Source: a virus (taxonomy: Duplodnaviria; Caudoviricetes). Taken from it: a DNA stretch of 56,688 nt. The stretch covers positions 1-56,688 of IMG/VR virus record IMGVR_UViG_3300021408_000005. One strand, written 5' to 3'. Position 1 is the first letter of the stretch. Each line of letters starts with the position of its first letter. Under the pieces are notes generated by a model, which was given only the letters and a program-made list of their open reading frames with translations, had not been told where the DNA came from and made no database searches. This document shows positions 54,516 through 56,688 of this stretch, piece after piece. Position numbers and translations under genes: made by a program.

Positions 54516-54864
54516 GGTGCAAGGCTGGCTCAAGAACGGAGGCACATTCCTCATCGGCGTCGCACTGGTTGGTCTGGTCGTCATCGTTGGCCTTCTTCTC
54601 AGGGAGGTCTCTGATGCCAATGACTTGGCAGATGCCGCTACAGAGGAGACCAACTGCTTCAGGGAGCTAGCCAACGATCTCAGCAAGCTGGAAGGCGAGA
54701 TCGACAACAAGGGTTGGCTTGCCCTGCTGGCCGAGCTCGCTGGGGCCACTGATGAGCAGACTCTGGAGCGGGCTAGCGAGATCGACTTCCTAGTAGGCGA
54801 ATGGGAGGTGGCACAGGCAAGAAGGGACGACGCAGTTAACATCTGCAACGACAAGGAGAAGTGA
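54481..54864 (+). CDS. Membrane-anchored protein (lysis cassette)
   Basis: One TM segment and two Cys. Confidence 0.6.
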   Translation: MKAMPDPPRVLKVQGWLKNGGTFLIGVALVGLVVIVGLLLREVSDANDLADAATEETNCFRELANDLSKLEGEIDNKGWLALLAELAGATDEQTLERASEIDFLVGEWEVAQARRDDAVNICNDKEK

Positions 54865-54865
54865 C

Positions 54866-55060
54866 ATGCAACAGAAGGTCTCATGGGTTCCGTCGATGAA
54901 GACAGCCAAGGCTGTGGTGGCTGCCGCCACCGAGCTCCTGGGCACCATCGGCGTGGCCATCTCTGACGGTGAAGTCACAGCAGTTGAGGCCGGCGTGATC
55001 TTCGCTGCCCTGCTGGCGGCGTACGGTCTGGTGTTCAAGACCAGCAACGAGCCAGTCTGA
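54866..55060 (+). CDS. Putative holin
   Basis: 64 aa, two TM segments, 'KAVVAA..DGEVTAVE'. Confidence 0.65.
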   Translation: MQQKVSWVPSMKTAKAVVAAATELLGTIGVAISDGEVTAVEAGVIFAALLAAYGLVFKTSNEPV

Positions 55061-55134
55061 ACTACGGAGGGGGCGGGCGGCCCACCGCTTCCTCCCGCAG
55101 TTCTGCTGGTCAACAGCGAAGTTCGAGAAGTTCC

Positions 55135-55162
55135 TTGCATCCTCGCTGGGGTGGTGTAATGT
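55135..55162 (+). promoter_or_regulatory. Early promoter
   Basis: TTGCAT-N16-TAATGT, downstream of the hairpin at ~55062-55101. Confidence 0.6.
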
Positions 55163-55239
55163 GAGGGTCACAAGCAAGGCGGTCGCAAGGGCCGCTAAGC
55201 TTCATAGGACGACTTAGAAACCAATAGGAGCGCAACATC

Positions 55240-55482
55240 ATGAGCAAGTCCCCTGCCAACAAGAAGTTCGCCACGAAGACCGGCAAGCGTGACCCCAACG
55301 TGAAGCGTAAGGTCGTGTCGCTGCGCAACAAGCCCATGAGCTGGAAGGCCATCGGCGAAGCGCTCGACATCGCTCCCCGCACGGCTCGTGCCATCTACGA
55401 CGACGCCAAGGGTCCGGGTGCTCACTTCGAGTCCCGCCCGCTGCCGGGTGGTCGCAACCGCAAGGTCAGCGAGGCTGCCTAG
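55240..55482 (+). CDS. Small HTH DNA-binding protein
   Basis: MSWKAIGEALDIAPRTARAIY. Confidence 0.75.
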   Translation: MSKSPANKKFATKTGKRDPNVKRKVVSLRNKPMSWKAIGEALDIAPRTARAIYDDAKGPGAHFESRPLPGGRNRKVSEAA

Positions 55483-55487
55483 TCCGT

Positions 55488-55527
55488 AAATGCCCTGGTA
55501 GGGGGTCACCCTCTTGCCAGGGCATTT
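55488..55527 (+). terminator. Terminator hairpin overlapping the next promoter's -35
   Basis: aaatgccctggtagggg / ctcttgccagggcattt; promoter TTGCCA(55514)-N17-TACTGT(55537). Confidence 0.6.
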
Positions 55528-55548
55528 CTCGTGTAGTACTGTGAGGTC

Positions 55549-55690
55549 TCCACCACGTAGCCCGTCAGCGGGCGCACTAGCTGTCAGTACCTCCCCTCAA
55601 CGGTCCATCGCTCAGGGCGTTATGCTTCGGCTCTCGCAGGGCACAGGGCGTCAGTGTAGGCAGGCGTGAGTACGGGCTAGGCGTGGTGGG
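55549..55690 (+). ncRNA. Candidate ~140-nt structured RNA
   Basis: Ends pair as CCACCACG-TAGCCCGT / ACGGGCTA-gg-CGTGGTGG, starting at the predicted TSS. Confidence 0.45.
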
Positions 55691-55715
55691 AAACAACTGA
55701 GATAAGGAGCGCAAC

Positions 55716-56216
55716 ATGTCAGCACGAGTCAAGCACGTTCAGCGTGCCCAGAAGGAATACACCTGCGGCAAGTGCCGCAACACCATCGCCAAGGGTGACC
55801 CGTACCGCTGGGCGAAGCCGGGCTTCAGGTCGAAGACCAAGCTGGTCCGATGCATGACGCCGGCTTGCACCTTCCGTCCGTCCGAGCTCGACACGTCCAA
55901 GATGTCGGACGCCTACGCAGCTATCGAAGGTGCCGGGGATGACCTGGGTGGTTGCGAGACCATCGAGGACGCCAAGGACGTGTTCGAAGCTTGCGCCGAG
56001 GGTCTACGTGGCGTGGCCGGCGAGTATCAGGAGGCTTCTGACCAGTGGGCAGATGGCCAGGGCCACGAGGAGTGGCAAGAACGGGCCGATATGCTCGAGG
56101 AGGCTGCGCAGACACTCGATGACTGGGCAGGCCAGTGCGACGAAGATGAGCCGCCCCTCCCCGAGGACGTCAGGGCCGAGGCTAACGATTGTCTGATGCA
56201 GCTCGAGCTCCCCTGA
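55716..56216 (+). CDS. Hypothetical protein (N-terminal Zn finger, acidic helical C-half)
   Basis: TAAGGAG SD; CGKC..C....C. Confidence 0.75.
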   Translation: MSARVKHVQRAQKEYTCGKCRNTIAKGDPYRWAKPGFRSKTKLVRCMTPACTFRPSELDTSKMSDAYAAIEGAGDDLGGCETIEDAKDVFEACAEGLRGVAGEYQEASDQWADGQGHEEWQERADMLEEAAQTLDDWAGQCDEDEPPLPEDVRAEANDCLMQLELP

Positions 56217-56265
56217 TGGCTCGGCGGCAGACTAGCCGCTACGCAGAGAAAGAAGCGGTGCGGGC

Positions 56266-56293
56266 TTGCGTCCGCATCGCATCTCTGTATAGT
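56266..56293 (+). promoter_or_regulatory. Leaderless promoter
   Basis: TTGCGT-N16-TATAGT-N6-ATG(56300); GTATAGTGAAGTCATGA identical to 602-618. Confidence 0.75.
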
Positions 56294-56299
56294 GAAGTC

Positions 56300-56455
56300 A
56301 TGACCAAGTGCAACATCAACCAACCCCACTGCGAGAACTGTGGGTCTACCGACCCCGCCGATCTGCAAGGCGAAGATGGGTATACCGACTGTTGTAACGA
56401 ATGTCAGAGTCTCGATAGTCGGGACTGCCGGAACCACCACTGCGAGGAGGAGTGA
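56300..56455 (+). CDS. Small Cys-rich protein
   Basis: Leaderless ATG; CENC..CCNEC. Confidence 0.6.
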   Translation: MTKCNINQPHCENCGSTDPADLQGEDGYTDCCNECQSLDSRDCRNHHCEEE

Positions 56456-56616
56456 TGGGGCGCAAACGGATAAAGTGGACGCCCGAGGAAGACGAGACCC
56501 TCAAGGGCATGTGGCCCACAGAAGAGCTGGACCTCATAGCCATGCATCTCGAGCGCACGCAGGGCTCAGTCTCGGGCCGTGCATGGGCGCTGGGGCTACG
56601 TAGGGAGAAGGGGTGA
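56455..56616 (+). CDS. Myb/SANT-like small HTH protein
   Basis: Translated by hand: KWTPEEDETLK..IAMHLERTQGSVSGRAWALGL; TGATG-coupled on both sides. Confidence 0.7.
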   Translation: MGRKRIKWTPEEDETLKGMWPTEELDLIAMHLERTQGSVSGRAWALGLRREKG

Positions 56617-56688
56617 TGGGTAGGCGCAAGACAGGAGACCCATGGCCCTGTACAGCTGAGGCCATTATCAAAGAGCGTGACGAACGGC
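56563..56688. repeat. 126-bp direct terminal repeat, right copy
   Basis: Identical to 10-135. Confidence 0.95.

Noticed and set aside
1-56688. Prophage or temperate module
   Set aside because: No integrase, ParA or divergent repressor was recognised, there are no host genes, and all genes lie on one strand.
1-56688. Stop-codon reassignment
   Set aside because: Core genes are full length in the standard code, and TAG, TGA and TAA all end genes.

Overview
This window looks like a complete, circularly assembled ~56.55 kb, GC-rich siphovirus-type phage genome. A 126-bp direct repeat (10-135 = 56563-56688) joins the ends, and all credible genes lie on the + strand. WhiB and the gene style point to an actinobacterial host. 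I recognise no integrase or repressor, so it is probably lytic. Gene order: small early genes; replication/recombination (SNF2 helicase, Cas4-like nuclease, AAA ATPase, SSB-like protein, primase fused to an MCM-like helicase, DnaE); unusual nucleotide-metabolism enzymes (FAD oxidoreductase, HAD phosphatase, DUF1599-like protein, VOC-like protein, SDR, MazG-like protein, variant ThyX); RuvC-like resolvase; packaging/head genes with a MuF + ADP-ribosyltransferase + small Cys-protein trio; tail; lysis. The most striking non-coding signal is at 580-750, where a leaderless promoter is followed by a 9-codon micro-ORF, a tRNA minihelix and a circularly permuted tRNA-like (YrlA-like) module, with no Ro60/Rsr gene recognised. 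Other highlights are a possible novel DNA base-modification pathway, an apparent absence of CGCG, two related AT-rich nested palindromes, a +1 TTT-CGT frameshift in the tail chaperone and an ATC start for the tape measure gene. All family calls come from motif recognition by eye; no searches or counts were run.
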